Notes: generated by a model not told the origin, from the letters alone. 55,006 nt of DNA from an uncultured bacterium (GCA_966443485.1 CBJOJD010000001.1:1-55006), one strand, 5' to 3'. Numbered from the stretch's first letter, positions 22,059 through 32,246 are shown. Translations and numbers: made by a program.

Positions 22059-23333
22059 ATGTGGCGATGGTTCATTCCCGCTGTCTTTGTGTGTGCCACG
22101 GTTTCGGCGCAGATCGCGCCCATCCCTACTGCCAGTGAAACTCCAGAGCGCCCCTTTGCGATCCGCAACAAGTGGGTCATTGGTGGCGTGGGTAACTGGG
22201 GATATCTCACGGTCGATCCCACTGCCCGCCAGCTCTTCGTGACTCACGGCAGCACGATCCAGGTAGTCGATCTCTCCTCCGGCGCGGTCACAGGCACGAT
22301 CGGCGGCTTCCGCGATGCACATCAGGTAGTACTCGATCCCAATGGCCAGGTGGCCTATGTCGCAGACGGCCCCGCGAACCTGGTCCGGATCATCGACCGC
22401 CGGGCTTTCCAGATCCTCGCCTCCATTCCGACAGGACCCTCCCCCCGTTCGCTGGCCTATGACGCTTCCAGTGGCCTGCTTGCGGTCATCTGCTCCGGTT
22501 CAGCACCCGCCCCTCCTTCGGGCGGCAATCGCGGACATGCACCGGGCCGTCGTCCATCGCCAATCTATCCTCCGCCGTCTGCGCTTTCCACCCTCACGCT
22601 GGCCGATCCTGAAAAGCGCATCGCTTTAGCCGACATCACCCTCCCGGGGAGGTTCGCTTTCGCTCAGGCCGATGGCAATGGTGGGGTGTACGTCTCTGTC
22701 TCCGATCGCAACGGAGTAGCCCGGCTGGATCTGCAGGCGATCGCTGCGCGGATTGAGGCAGACCTGGGGGCAAGACCCGCAGGGCCGGCCGTGAATACCA
22801 CAGCTCAAGGCCAACACGCCGCAACTCCTAAGTTCGATTGGAGCGGCGCCAGCGGACACATGCCGGAGGACGTACGTCCGCGCTGGATATCCATCGGATC
22901 GGATTGTTACGACCCCCACGGCATCGCACTCGACAGCCATCGCAATCGGCTGTTCGTCGCCTGCACTAACCAGAAGATGGCGGTGGCGAACCTCGATACC
23001 GGATCTCCAGTCACGTCCCTCACGATCGGACCCGGTGCAGATGCCATCGTCTACGATGCGAACCGCAATCTAATCTTCACCGCTAACGGCGGGGGGTACG
23101 GCAGTCTCACGGTGATTCAACAACATGTCACAGACAGCTACGCGGTCGTCCAGAATCTGGCGACCCTGGCGCAGGCACACACGATGGCTATCGATCCCAG
23201 CAGTGGAGATGTTTACCTGGTGACTTCGCTCTATGGGGCCAAGCTCGGGAATCCTCCCGCCAACGGCATTGGGACGCTCAAGATGGACGCGGTGGAGGGG
23301 AGCTTCCAGGTGCTTGTGATCGGGAACGAATGA
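22059..23333 (+). CDS. Secreted YncE/YVTN-type beta-propeller protein
   Basis: Signal peptide; AAGGAG SD; repeated blades (AYVADG, IPTGPSPRSLAYD, PHGIALD, IGPGADAIVYD). Confidence 0.8.
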   Translation: MWRWFIPAVFVCATVSAQIAPIPTASETPERPFAIRNKWVIGGVGNWGYLTVDPTARQLFVTHGSTIQVVDLSSGAVTGTIGGFRDAHQVVLDPNGQVAYVADGPANLVRIIDRRAFQILASIPTGPSPRSLAYDASSGLLAVICSGSAPAPPSGGNRGHAPGRRPSPIYPPPSALSTLTLADPEKRIALADITLPGRFAFAQADGNGGVYVSVSDRNGVARLDLQAIAARIEADLGARPAGPAVNTTAQGQHAATPKFDWSGASGHMPEDVRPRWISIGSDCYDPHGIALDSHRNRLFVACTNQKMAVANLDTGSPVTSLTIGPGADAIVYDANRNLIFTANGGGYGSLTVIQQHVTDSYAVVQNLATLAQAHTMAIDPSSGDVYLVTSLYGAKLGNPPANGIGTLKMDAVEGSFQVLVIGNE

Positions 23334-23449
23334 GGCACGCCCGGGTTGCTCAGCCGGCTTAAGCAATCGTATGCTGCTACTGCCAGTTTTCTGCGGACCT
23401 GTTTTTGTGCCGGCGCCCCTTTCGTCAACCAACGGGGCAATGGCACACT

Positions 23450-24190
23450 ATGGCCATGCAGTCTCCGGGTCCGGGCCGTCGACTTCCCTCGGTTCTCATC
23501 ATTGACGACGATCAGGTAAGCCGGGAGGTGATGGCCACGGTACTCTCCATGAGCGGCTACACCGTGCATGCCGCCGCATCCGGCGCACAGTCTCTTCGTA
23601 TGCTCGATGAGCACACCAGTGCGCCAGACGTGATCCTGATGGACACGCAGATGCCAGGGCTTAGCGGCGCCCCGTTGATCAGGGAGCTACGCCTGCGGTC
23701 CAGGGCAAAGCTCTACGTAACCAGCGGCAGTGAAGCTCCGGCCGAGATTACCCGGCAGGCAGATGGATTTCTCCTCAAGCCACTCGGCCCCCACGCTCTG
23801 CAACGCTTACTCGAACAGCACGCACCACTTGAAGGCCTGGCCGAGAGTCCCGTGATCTGCTCGGAGGTTCTAGCGGAGCTGCGCGCTCTGATGCCAGAAG
23901 CGTCGGTGCGGGAGATTTACACGGCAGTTATCGGGGACTTAGACAGACGCCTTCCTCTACTGGAAGGGGCCCTGGCAAGACGCGATGCCGCTGAAGTGCG
24001 CCGGCAGGGTCACTCGATCAAGGGAGGCTGCGGCATGGCCGGGGCCGCCGAAGCCGCGCGCATCGGCACGCTGCTTGAAGAAGAGGGTAACGATCTAGAT
24101 AACACCGGGAGTCTCCTCCGGGATTTGCAGGCCGCCACCCGAAAGCTGCAAGCTATGCTGGAGGCGGAATTTCCCGTCCCTGGGAAGTGA
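23450..24190 (+). CDS. Receiver (REC) plus Hpt domain phosphorelay protein
   Basis: VLIIDDD, ILMDTQMP and LLKP receiver motifs; HSIKGGCG Hpt motif. Start is 23450 or 23456. Confidence 0.85.
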   Translation: MAMQSPGPGRRLPSVLIIDDDQVSREVMATVLSMSGYTVHAAASGAQSLRMLDEHTSAPDVILMDTQMPGLSGAPLIRELRLRSRAKLYVTSGSEAPAEITRQADGFLLKPLGPHALQRLLEQHAPLEGLAESPVICSEVLAELRALMPEASVREIYTAVIGDLDRRLPLLEGALARRDAAEVRRQGHSIKGGCGMAGAAEAARIGTLLEEEGNDLDNTGSLLRDLQAATRKLQAMLEAEFPVPGK

Positions 24191-24242
24191 CAACACGCTC
24201 GGAATCGCACGCGCCGGGCTCCGATCGGAGGATCTTCCGCTA

Positions 24243-24905
24243 GTGGAACGCCCTATTCGTATTGTGTTGGCCGACGATCATCCTGTGGTGCGCGTTGGCG
24301 TGCGCAACATGCTCACCGAGACCGAGGGCTTTCAGGTGGTGGGAGAAGCTGCGGACGGGGACGAGGCCATCACTCAGACCCTTGAGTTGCAGCCGGACAT
24401 TCTCCTGCTCGACGTGCAGATGCCGCGTCTTCCGGGGCTGGAGGCCATGCGAGCCATCATGAACGGCTCGCCCACGGTGAAGATTCTGCTGCTGACTTCG
24501 ACCATCACAACTCAGCAGATCATAGAGGCTCTTCACATTGGCGCGCGCGGAATCGTGCTGAAGGACGCCCTGGTCGGTCATTTGCAGACTGCAATAAAGA
24601 CCGTGGCATCGGGAGATTACTGGATCGGAGGCAAGCGCGTTGTGAATCTGGTCTCGGCGCTGCACGAGCTGATGCAGCAGGCGAGCCCTCCTCAGCGCAA
24701 GACCTTCGGCCTGACGCCGCGCGAACTGGAAGTTGTCGGATCCATTGTGGAAGGCTGCAGCAACCGGGATATCGCGAAGAACTTCGGCCTGAGCGAGGAG
24801 ACAGTGAAGCGCCACCTCTCCAACATCTTCGACAAGACCGGCGTCTCCACCCGCCTGGAACTAGCCCTCTTTGCCATTGCGCATCAGCTGGTGAAGCCGC
24901 AGTAG
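24243..24905 (+). CDS. NarL/FixJ-family response regulator (REC plus LuxR HTH)
   Basis: LADDHPVVR, LLDVQMP, LTPRELEV and SNRDIA...SEETVKRHLSNIFDK. Confidence 0.93.
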   Translation: MERPIRIVLADDHPVVRVGVRNMLTETEGFQVVGEAADGDEAITQTLELQPDILLLDVQMPRLPGLEAMRAIMNGSPTVKILLLTSTITTQQIIEALHIGARGIVLKDALVGHLQTAIKTVASGDYWIGGKRVVNLVSALHELMQQASPPQRKTFGLTPRELEVVGSIVEGCSNRDIAKNFGLSEETVKRHLSNIFDKTGVSTRLELALFAIAHQLVKPQ

Positions 24906-24969
24906 AACCTCGTCATCATTCGGCAGAGGGCCAAGTTCCTTAGGGTGCGCCCGCCAGAACCATCAACAG

Positions 24970-25356
24970 CTAGATCAGCAGGAACTGCTTCTCGAGGCGA
25001 TCCAGCACGCCCTCCGTGCTGTCGCACACTCCTGTATGTACAGGCGATGGCTGAATGATGGTGCTGCGCGGCGCCGTTAACCAGTGAAAGCGCTCTCGCT
25101 GGGATAGCTGCGCGATCGGACCGGCAGCCGGATCTCCTGCGCAGATGCGGGGGACAGCTTCTAGGTGCTGCTCTACGAGTCCCGTGTCGACCTGCGGCCA
25201 GAGAGCCTTCAGACGCTCCAAATCGAGGCGGATTCGGGCATCCAGATAGCGCTTCTCCGGGCAGTAAACGACGACGCCAGCGTTGATGAACTCTTGCCGC
25301 TCGACTCGCGGCACCACACGCAAAAGGGCGTAATCAAACGAGGCGTTCGCGGGCAT
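24970..25356 (-). CDS. DUF3037 domain protein
   Basis: FDYALLRVVPRVERQEFINAGV and RFHWLTAPRSTIIQ motifs; overlaps the kinase gene by 23 nt. Confidence 0.85.
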   Translation of the reverse strand: MPANASFDYALLRVVPRVERQEFINAGVVVYCPEKRYLDARIRLDLERLKALWPQVDTGLVEQHLEAVPRICAGDPAAGPIAQLSQRERFHWLTAPRSTIIQPSPVHTGVCDSTEGVLDRLEKQFLLI

Positions 25357-26116
25357 CTAGCGCCTCCTGTTCGAAGATGTGGGCAGCCGCCAGGCGGCGA
25401 ACGAAGAAGTCCAGATACCCTGCCCGGCGCTCGGATGCTGTCACGCCGCCAGAAATGGAGTCCAGCCATGGCTCGGGTACCGCGTCCACGATGGCCTCGA
25501 GAACGGCCGGAGTAAGCTTTTGGCGCGCGATGGCTCCGGCACTCTCGATCTCCGATGCCCAGGGCAGCAGCACATGCTGGCTTATCGGCGAAAACGGCGA
25601 CTGGATCTTCTTCTCTCTGCTATCCCAGTCGTGATGGAAAAAGAGCGCCGCGCCGTGATCGATGGGATAGAGCTTGCGATGCCACATCAGCAGATTGGCA
25701 TTGCGCGGTGTGCGGTCTACGTTTTGCGTGAACGCGTCGAACCACACCAGCATTGAGGCCTCGTCTGGCGGAGCAGTATCGCGGGCGGCTGGATCGAACA
25801 TGACGGAGCCGGGAAGATAATCCAAGGCCAGATTCAGGCCCACACTGGCCTTCAATAAGTGGCGAATCTCGGCATCTGGCTCATTGCGCCCCAGAGCGGA
25901 ATCCAGCTCTACGAGGACGATCTCAGGCACGCGCAATCCCAGCACACGCCCGATCTCACCCGCGATCAGCTCGGCGATCAGGGCAAGTATGCCCTGCCCT
26001 GCGCCGCGGAACTTGACCACGTACATGCCCAGATCGTCGGCTTCGATGATCGCGGGCAACGACCCACCTTCGCGCAAGGGGACGACATATCGCGTGGCTT
26101 GAACCGTTCTCAACAT
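25334..26116 (-). CDS. HipA-related kinase
   Basis: REGGSLP loop, YVVKFRG, ELIA, NVDRTPRNANLL and IDHG motifs. Confidence 0.85.
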   Translation of the reverse strand: MLRTVQATRYVVPLREGGSLPAIIEADDLGMYVVKFRGAGQGILALIAELIAGEIGRVLGLRVPEIVLVELDSALGRNEPDAEIRHLLKASVGLNLALDYLPGSVMFDPAARDTAPPDEASMLVWFDAFTQNVDRTPRNANLLMWHRKLYPIDHGAALFFHHDWDSREKKIQSPFSPISQHVLLPWASEIESAGAIARQKLTPAVLEAIVDAVPEPWLDSISGGVTASERRAGYLDFFVRRLAAAHIFEQEALDARERLV

Positions 26117-26271
26117 GAAGTAACCAGTCTAGCGGGAGTGGACGGCAGGGACGAACATGCTGCTTCGATTGTTCAACCGCCGAAAGCGAGGGAATTATGA
26201 GCGGAGCTGTGCGGGAGGGCGTTTCTGCCATGCTGCAGCGGAGGCTTTTGCCTCCGCATCCGAGACAGGCA

Positions 26272-27165
26272 TCAAAGGCCGTTCATGTGCAGGTAGAACA
26301 CCACACCTGAAGCCACCAGGCAATAGATGCCGAAGAGGTACCAGCGCCCGGCTTCGAGCCAGCTGCTGAGCCACTTCAGGGCCAGTAGTCCGGCCGCAAA
26401 CGAGAACACAGCGCCCAGTCCGCTGTTCAGCAAGGATGCATGGAGATCCACCGGCACCCCGGAGGCGCTGGCCTCGTGCGCGGCCTTCAGCAACCGCACC
26501 AGTTCCATGGCGATAACCGGAGGGGTAAGCACGACGGCCATGGCGAAGCTGAAGCGCTCAGCCGGTTCCTTGGAAGCGCCGGCCAACATGCCAGCGGAGA
26601 TGGTCGAGCCGGAGCGCGAGAATCCGCGGAACGGAAGCGCCAGACCTTGCACAATGCCCATCCAGCCGGCGCGGCGCAGATTGAGCGTGCTCTCCTCGTT
26701 GCCCATGCGCGTATAGCCGGAGCGGTGTAGACGGCGCTCCATCAGCCCGGCGATCAGGATCAGCACGCCCGCGGCGGCAAGAGCAGGCGCGATCAGCTCG
26801 AGATGGCTAAACAACTGCTCGATTTCAGCCTTGGCAGCGCCCCGGAACAGGGTCTTCTCAATGACCTTCTTGAGGGCCTCGCCGATCACCGCGGTCAGCA
26901 GGGTTGCCCACAGCACCAGCACGGCAAAACGCTTGAAGGCGGCGGCACTGGAGAAGTAGACGTTCTTCCATGTCTTCCAGAAATAGACAATCACCGCAAA
27001 CATGGTCCCGGTGTGCAACATGACCAGCAGCAACGTCATCTGCGGGGAAGACGGGTCCAGGCCCATCAGCTTCTCGGCCACGACCACGTGGGCGGAGCTG
27101 GAAACCGGCAATAGTTCAGCCAGACCCTGGACAATCGCCAAAATAATGACTTGGAGAATATGCAT
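26272..27165 (-). CDS. uppP: Undecaprenyl-diphosphate phosphatase (BacA family), divergent copy 2
   Basis: VQGLAELLPVSSSAH, HTGT, RGFSRSGST and FSF motifs; start uncertain. Confidence 0.85.
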   Translation of the reverse strand: MHILQVIILAIVQGLAELLPVSSSAHVVVAEKLMGLDPSSPQMTLLLVMLHTGTMFAVIVYFWKTWKNVYFSSAAAFKRFAVLVLWATLLTAVIGEALKKVIEKTLFRGAAKAEIEQLFSHLELIAPALAAAGVLILIAGLMERRLHRSGYTRMGNEESTLNLRRAGWMGIVQGLALPFRGFSRSGSTISAGMLAGASKEPAERFSFAMAVVLTPPVIAMELVRLLKAAHEASASGVPVDLHASLLNSGLGAVFSFAAGLLALKWLSSWLEAGRWYLFGIYCLVASGVVFYLHMNGL

Positions 27166-27290
27166 ACCTCCATGTAAGCACATCCAGGTGTAAGGAAGAT
27201 TGCATTGCGCCGTGGTTCGCTTGAGCATTTACCGTCATCTATGAAGGAACGGTTGTCCTACAAGACTTGGAGCAGGGGAAGGATTCAGGC

Positions 27291-28178
27291 ATGAAGGTTG
27301 GTTTTCTTGGATTGGGCAGCATGGGGACGCCTATGGCGCTGCGTTTGCGCGCCGCGGGCCATGAGGTGGCAGTGTGGAACCGCAGCGAAGGACGTATCAA
27401 GCCTCTGGTCCGCGAAGGAGCCATTGCGGCAGGCACTCCCGCGGAGGCGGAGTTGGGTGCGGACGCAGTAATCACCATGCTGTTCGACGACGCGGCCCAC
27501 GAAGAAGTGCTCTTTGGCGCCAACGGCTTGATGGACGCCCTTTCGCCCGGCGCCCTGCACATTGCGTGCAGTACGATCAGCGTTGCGCTGAGCGAGCGCC
27601 TCACCGCCGAACATGCCCGCCGCGGAATTGACTTTGTGGCTGCCCCTGTTTTTGGCCGGCCAAGTGTTGCGGAGGAGGGCCGGCTTTGGATCGTGGCAGC
27701 GGGGCCGGATCAGGCAATTGAACGGGCCAGGCCGTTTCTGGAACCGATGTCGCGTGGCATCTCTGTGGTCGGCAGAGAGCCAAAGCAGGCCCACGCCTTG
27801 AAATTGGGCGGCAACTTCCTGATCAGCGCCATGCTGCAATCCTTAAGCGAAGCCTTCGTGTACGGTGAGGCGCAGGGCATTCCCGCGGAAACGTTCTTGG
27901 AAACGGTGAACAGCGCGCTCTTTCAGTCGCCCTTCTATGCGGCCTATGCCAAGGTGATGCTGCATCCGCCGGAGACGCCGGGGGCGACCATGGGCCTGGG
28001 CGAGAAAGATCTGCGCCTGTTTCGCGAGGCGGCTCGCAACGCGGGGGTGCGGCTGAGCGTGGCGGAGAATCTTGCAGAAGTCTTCACACAGGCCAAGGCG
28101 CAGGGTCTTTACCAGGAAGACTGGGCCGCAGGACAGTACCAGATGGCGCAGAAACGGAGCGTCGCGCCTAAAGCCTAA
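27291..28178 (+). CDS. NAD(P)-dependent beta-hydroxyacid dehydrogenase family protein
   Basis: GFLGLGSMG, WNRS, APVFG, catalytic KLGGN and KDL motifs. Confidence 0.9.
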   Translation: MKVGFLGLGSMGTPMALRLRAAGHEVAVWNRSEGRIKPLVREGAIAAGTPAEAELGADAVITMLFDDAAHEEVLFGANGLMDALSPGALHIACSTISVALSERLTAEHARRGIDFVAAPVFGRPSVAEEGRLWIVAAGPDQAIERARPFLEPMSRGISVVGREPKQAHALKLGGNFLISAMLQSLSEAFVYGEAQGIPAETFLETVNSALFQSPFYAAYAKVMLHPPETPGATMGLGEKDLRLFREAARNAGVRLSVAENLAEVFTQAKAQGLYQEDWAAGQYQMAQKRSVAPKA

Positions 28179-28247
28179 GGTCAGAGCGCATCAGCATGCG
28201 TCACGGTCATCACACGCAACTGATTGCAGCTTGGGTAGGATAGTTCC

Positions 28248-29018
28248 ATGAGCTTGAAGGGCCAAATCGTCTTCGTCACCGGAGCCAGCTCCGGAATTGG
28301 AGCCGCCACCGCACTCGCATTCGCCGCGGAAGGGGCGCGCTTGTTATTGGCGGCGCGGCGCGCCAGCAAGCTGGCAGAGGTCGCATCGGCTGCCCTGGCC
28401 AAGGGAGCGGCGGGGGTCCACTCCATTGACCTCGATGTGCGGGATTATCGCGCGGTGCAAAACGCTATCGACAGCTTGCCTCCCGAGTGGGCCGAGATCG
28501 ACGTCCTGGTCAACAATGCGGGTCTCAGCCGCGGGTTGGACAAGCTCTATATGGGCCGGATCGATGATTGGGAAGAGATGATCGACACCAACGTCAAAGG
28601 CCTGCTCTATGTGACCCGGGCGGTGGTTCCGGGCATGGTCGTGCGCGGACGTGGCCACGTTATCAATTTGGGTTCCACGGCGGGGGAGATCACCTATCCG
28701 GGTGGCGCAGTCTACTGTGCAACGAAGGCAGCCGAGCGCTCCATCAATGATGGTTTGCGCCAGGATGTGCTGGGTACGCCGGTGCGGGTCACCTCTGTCG
28801 ATCCAGGCATGGTGGAGACAGACTTCAGCCTGGTGCGCTTCCGGGGGGACCGGGAACGGGCCGCCAAGGTCTACAAAGGCGTCAAGCCGCTCACACCGCA
28901 GGACGTGGCCGAAACCATCCTGTGGGTGGCAAGCCGCCCAGCGCACGTAAACATCGCCAGGGTTCTACTTACACCGGTACAGCAAGCGAACTCCCTGCTC
29001 TTCCATCGGGAAGAGTAA
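28248..29018 (+). CDS. Short-chain dehydrogenase (YdfG-like)
   Basis: TGASSGIG, NNAG, YCATK and PGMVETDFS motifs. Confidence 0.92.
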   Translation: MSLKGQIVFVTGASSGIGAATALAFAAEGARLLLAARRASKLAEVASAALAKGAAGVHSIDLDVRDYRAVQNAIDSLPPEWAEIDVLVNNAGLSRGLDKLYMGRIDDWEEMIDTNVKGLLYVTRAVVPGMVVRGRGHVINLGSTAGEITYPGGAVYCATKAAERSINDGLRQDVLGTPVRVTSVDPGMVETDFSLVRFRGDRERAAKVYKGVKPLTPQDVAETILWVASRPAHVNIARVLLTPVQQANSLLFHREE

Positions 29019-29080
29019 GGCCGCTCACGCGACAAATGCAGGCTTTTTAGGCAACAAAAATCCCGCCACGGCGGGCGGGC

Positions 29081-29347
29081 TCAACCAAGCTGGGCGAGTT
29101 GCGTTTCGATCTGTTCGAGCGCCGATTCCAGGGCCGCGCGTCGCGCGGAGTTGGAGGTGCGCTGCGAGAGAATGTGCTCTTTCTGCAACTGCAGGGCCTG
29201 CTTTTGCCTCTCCCGCTGAGCACGCTGCTGCTGAGCTGCGCGTTTGGCTTCTGCATCATTGAAGCCAGTGCCGGAGTACGCCGGCGCATGCTGCTGGGTA
29301 GTTGCCATCTGTTCCTCCACGGATTTACTTTCCCAACCACGGGCCAT
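29081..29347 (-). CDS. Hypothetical helical protein
   Basis: MARGWESKSVEEQ start 6 nt after TACAAT; Gln-rich coiled coil. Confidence 0.75.
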   Translation of the reverse strand: MARGWESKSVEEQMATTQQHAPAYSGTGFNDAEAKRAAQQQRAQRERQKQALQLQKEHILSQRTSNSARRAALESALEQIETQLAQLG

Positions 29348-29437
29348 ATCTTCATTGTACGGAGATTTCATTTTTTCGCATCCCACACTGTAGAGCTACA
29401 GGTCCCTGGCCGGGGTCCAATTTCCTGAGGAGAGTGC

Positions 29438-30439
29438 ATGCGCGTCTGGCAGATTGCGGCTTTTGGCATTGATTCATTGGAGTTTGTGGAGCGTCCGGAT
29501 CCGGAGCCCGGCCCTGGGCAGGTCATGATCCGCGTCCATGCAATTTCATTTAATTTTCGCGATCTGCTGATGGTGAAGGGGCTTTATAACCCCAAGCTCA
29601 AGCTTCCCCGGATCCCCTGCTCGGATGGAGCCGGGGAAGTCGTTGCCGTTGGCCTGGGAGTGACTTCCTGGAAGGTCGGCGACCGCGTGGCCGGCATCTT
29701 CATGCAGAACTGGTTTGACGGTCCCCCTACGCCGGATAAGGTCCGGGGCGCGCTGGGCGGGGACGTGGACGGCATGCTGGCGGAATATGTGGTGCTGAAC
29801 GAGGCCGGTCTGGTGGCCATCCCCGAGCACTTGAGCTTCCAGGAGGCCGCTACCCTGCCCTGCGCGGCAGTCACGGCGTGGAACGCCCTTGCGGCGGGAG
29901 ACTTGAAGCCGGGCGGTACTGTGCTGATTCAGGGCACGGGGGGCGTCTCCATCTTCGCTTTGCAATTTGCGCGCATGCGCGGAGCTAAGGTACTCGGCAT
30001 CTCAGGAAGCAATGACAAGCTCCGCCGCGCATTCGATCTGGGGCTTGACGCCGGCTTGAATTACAACGAGCACCCGGAATGGGATCGTTGGGTCATCGAG
30101 CAGACCGGAGATGGCGCGGACCTGATTGTCGAAGTCGGTGGCCAGGGTACATTGCCTCGCTCTCTGCGGGCATTGGGCATGGGCGGCACCATCGCGCAGG
30201 TGGGAGTGTTGAGCGCGCCTGGCGAGCAGCTGCCACTCCCCATCATCCTGCACAAGCAGGCACGCATTCAGGGCATCTATGTGGGCTCACGCCGCGATTT
30301 CATCGAGATGAACCGCGCGCTGACGCTGACGCAGATGCGTCCCATCGGCGAAGACTTCCCCTGGACGCAAGCACGCCAGGTGCTGGGCCGTATGGAAGAA
30401 GGCAGCCACTTCGGCAAGTTGGTGATGACCCTGGCTTGA
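29438..30439 (+). CDS. Medium-chain dehydrogenase/reductase family oxidoreductase
   Basis: NFRD, SDGAGEV, AATLPCAAVTAW, GTGGVS and HFGKLV motifs. Confidence 0.9.
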   Translation: MRVWQIAAFGIDSLEFVERPDPEPGPGQVMIRVHAISFNFRDLLMVKGLYNPKLKLPRIPCSDGAGEVVAVGLGVTSWKVGDRVAGIFMQNWFDGPPTPDKVRGALGGDVDGMLAEYVVLNEAGLVAIPEHLSFQEAATLPCAAVTAWNALAAGDLKPGGTVLIQGTGGVSIFALQFARMRGAKVLGISGSNDKLRRAFDLGLDAGLNYNEHPEWDRWVIEQTGDGADLIVEVGGQGTLPRSLRALGMGGTIAQVGVLSAPGEQLPLPIILHKQARIQGIYVGSRRDFIEMNRALTLTQMRPIGEDFPWTQARQVLGRMEEGSHFGKLVMTLA

Positions 30440-30459
30440 TGTCAGCTGGCCTCAGCACT

Positions 30460-30491
30460 GCACTCGGAGTCACGGCAGGCACTCCGAGTGC
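30460..30491. other. Perfect 11-bp intergenic inverted repeat
   Basis: GCACTCGGAGT-10 nt-ACTCCGAGTGC. Confidence 0.7.
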
Positions 30492-30561
30492 CTGCACCTC
30501 AACAGCGAAGACAAGACCCGATGCTATGCTGGGTGGGCACTGTTGGTATGTTGAGGATGCA

Positions 30562-31410
30562 ATGAATTCACCAAGTGAAATCAGTCATGTCAGCGACACC
30601 GCCTTGATGGTGGCCGCGTGCCGCGCTGTTGAAACCGAGCTCGAAGACGCCTTTTTCCAGGATCCCTTTGCGGCTCGACTCGCGAGCGAACGCGGATTTG
30701 CGATGTTGAATGCGATTCCACACTCGCACATCATGCGATTTGGACTGTCCCTGCGCACTCGCTTCATCGACGATCTGCTGCGCGAAGCCCTTGCAGCGAA
30801 TCCTATTGCAACGGTACTGAGCGTAGGGTGCGGCTTGGATACGAGGCCCTGGAGGCTTGACCTGCCATGGAACCTGCGCTGGATCGAAGTCGACTTCCAG
30901 GACATGCTTGATTACAAGCACACGCTGCTAGCCGACGAGACGCCCCGCTGCAAGGTGGAACAGCTTGCTGTCGATTTGAACGATTCGGCGCAGCGCCTCA
31001 ATCTGTATGAAGCGGCCGGATCGGCGCCCACGCTCATGATCACCGAAGGCCTGCTGCTCTATTTGCCCGCCGCAACGGTGGATTCGTTGACCGCGGAGAG
31101 CTGGCAGCGTGCGGGGGTCGCGCACTGGATCAGCGACATCACCACAAGCGCCTTCAGCATTGCGCTCACCGGAACCAGCACGCTGCAGTCGGTGAGTCAT
31201 GTGCAGGCTCAAGATTCACTCAAGGGCGAACAGATTCTCGATGTCTTCTATCGCAATGGCTGGACTACAGCATCGCGTCGAAGCTACATCACTGATCTGG
31301 AATTTGCCCAGGATCGAATCCACCGCATGATGGGCGGCGGAACGCCTCCGCCGATGCCCGTCCCGCCTGACGATCCCACCGGCACTCATTGCTTCGCGCG
31401 CGCGAACTGA
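30562..31410 (+). CDS. SAM-dependent methyltransferase (leucine carboxyl methyltransferase-like)
   Basis: VSDTALMVAACRA, DPFA, RTRFIDD, GCGLDTRPWRL and TEGLLLYL; GAGG SD. Confidence 0.9.
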   Translation: MNSPSEISHVSDTALMVAACRAVETELEDAFFQDPFAARLASERGFAMLNAIPHSHIMRFGLSLRTRFIDDLLREALAANPIATVLSVGCGLDTRPWRLDLPWNLRWIEVDFQDMLDYKHTLLADETPRCKVEQLAVDLNDSAQRLNLYEAAGSAPTLMITEGLLLYLPAATVDSLTAESWQRAGVAHWISDITTSAFSIALTGTSTLQSVSHVQAQDSLKGEQILDVFYRNGWTTASRRSYITDLEFAQDRIHRMMGGGTPPPMPVPPDDPTGTHCFARAN

Positions 31411-31524
31411 GCTTTCGGTCGGGGTCGAAATCCTGCTGTGCCGACGCAGCGATCGACCTAGAACGGAAAATGCCCCAGTCTGCCGGTGTGAGCAGCTGGG
31501 GCACTGGTTCGAGTAGAACGCCGC

Positions 31525-32097
31525 TTACTCCGAGGTAGCAGCGGTGGAGTGCTTCTTGGGATTTACTTCCAGCTCATTCACAACCTGCTGAACGTTGGGA
31601 ACCTTCTTGCCGAGGGACTCAACTTCCTTCTTCTGGGCCTCAGTCTTCACCGATCCCTTGATCACCAGGGTGCCGTTCTTCACGCTGGGATGGATGCTCT
31701 GATCATCGAGAGCCTTGTTGGCCTTGATTGAGGCTTTGAAGTTGTCTTCAATGGCCTTGTCTAGATCGGACGCAACCGCGCCGGCTTTATCGGCTTGTGG
31801 GGGACGCACCCCGATCTCATTGGCGATGGTGTAGTCGGGCGCGGCCTGCTTTGCCAGCGACTCTGCCTGACTCTTCTTGTCCTGCGAATCCACATCGCCC
31901 TTCAGCGTGATCACGCCCTTGTCGCGGTCTTGGGAGACACTGATCGAGCCGAGCTGATTGCTGCTCAGAGAGTTGTCTACCGCCGACTTTTCGTCAGGAT
32001 GTGCGTTCTGCTTATTGCATCCGCCAACGGCCAGAACCGCGGCGAGTACGGCCGCAGTGCCCAGTGCGCGTGCCCGCGTTAAAGATCCTTGGTGCAT
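31525..32097 (-). CDS. Dual-BON-domain lipoprotein
   Basis: VGGC lipobox; two BON units (GVITLKGDV...ANEI and GTLVIKGSV...VVNEL); AAGGAG SD. Confidence 0.85.
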   Translation of the reverse strand: MHQGSLTRARALGTAAVLAAVLAVGGCNKQNAHPDEKSAVDNSLSSNQLGSISVSQDRDKGVITLKGDVDSQDKKSQAESLAKQAAPDYTIANEIGVRPPQADKAGAVASDLDKAIEDNFKASIKANKALDDQSIHPSVKNGTLVIKGSVKTEAQKKEVESLGKKVPNVQQVVNELEVNPKKHSTAATSE

Positions 32098-32246
32098 GTT
32101 GTCTCCTTGGATAGTCATTCATTCACCGGAGAGTTCAGATGTGCGCGCAGATGAAAACGGTTGTCCTAAGAACCTATTTTGTCCCTAACCTTTTCGGGAT
32201 CAGCCAAGTCGGCAGCTCACTGGATTTCGTGAAAATCGCACCTTTG

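Noticed and set aside
30079-30561. 443-aa version of the methyltransferase
   Set aside because: The extension overlaps the upstream oxidoreductase out of frame; family motifs and the SD begin at 30562.
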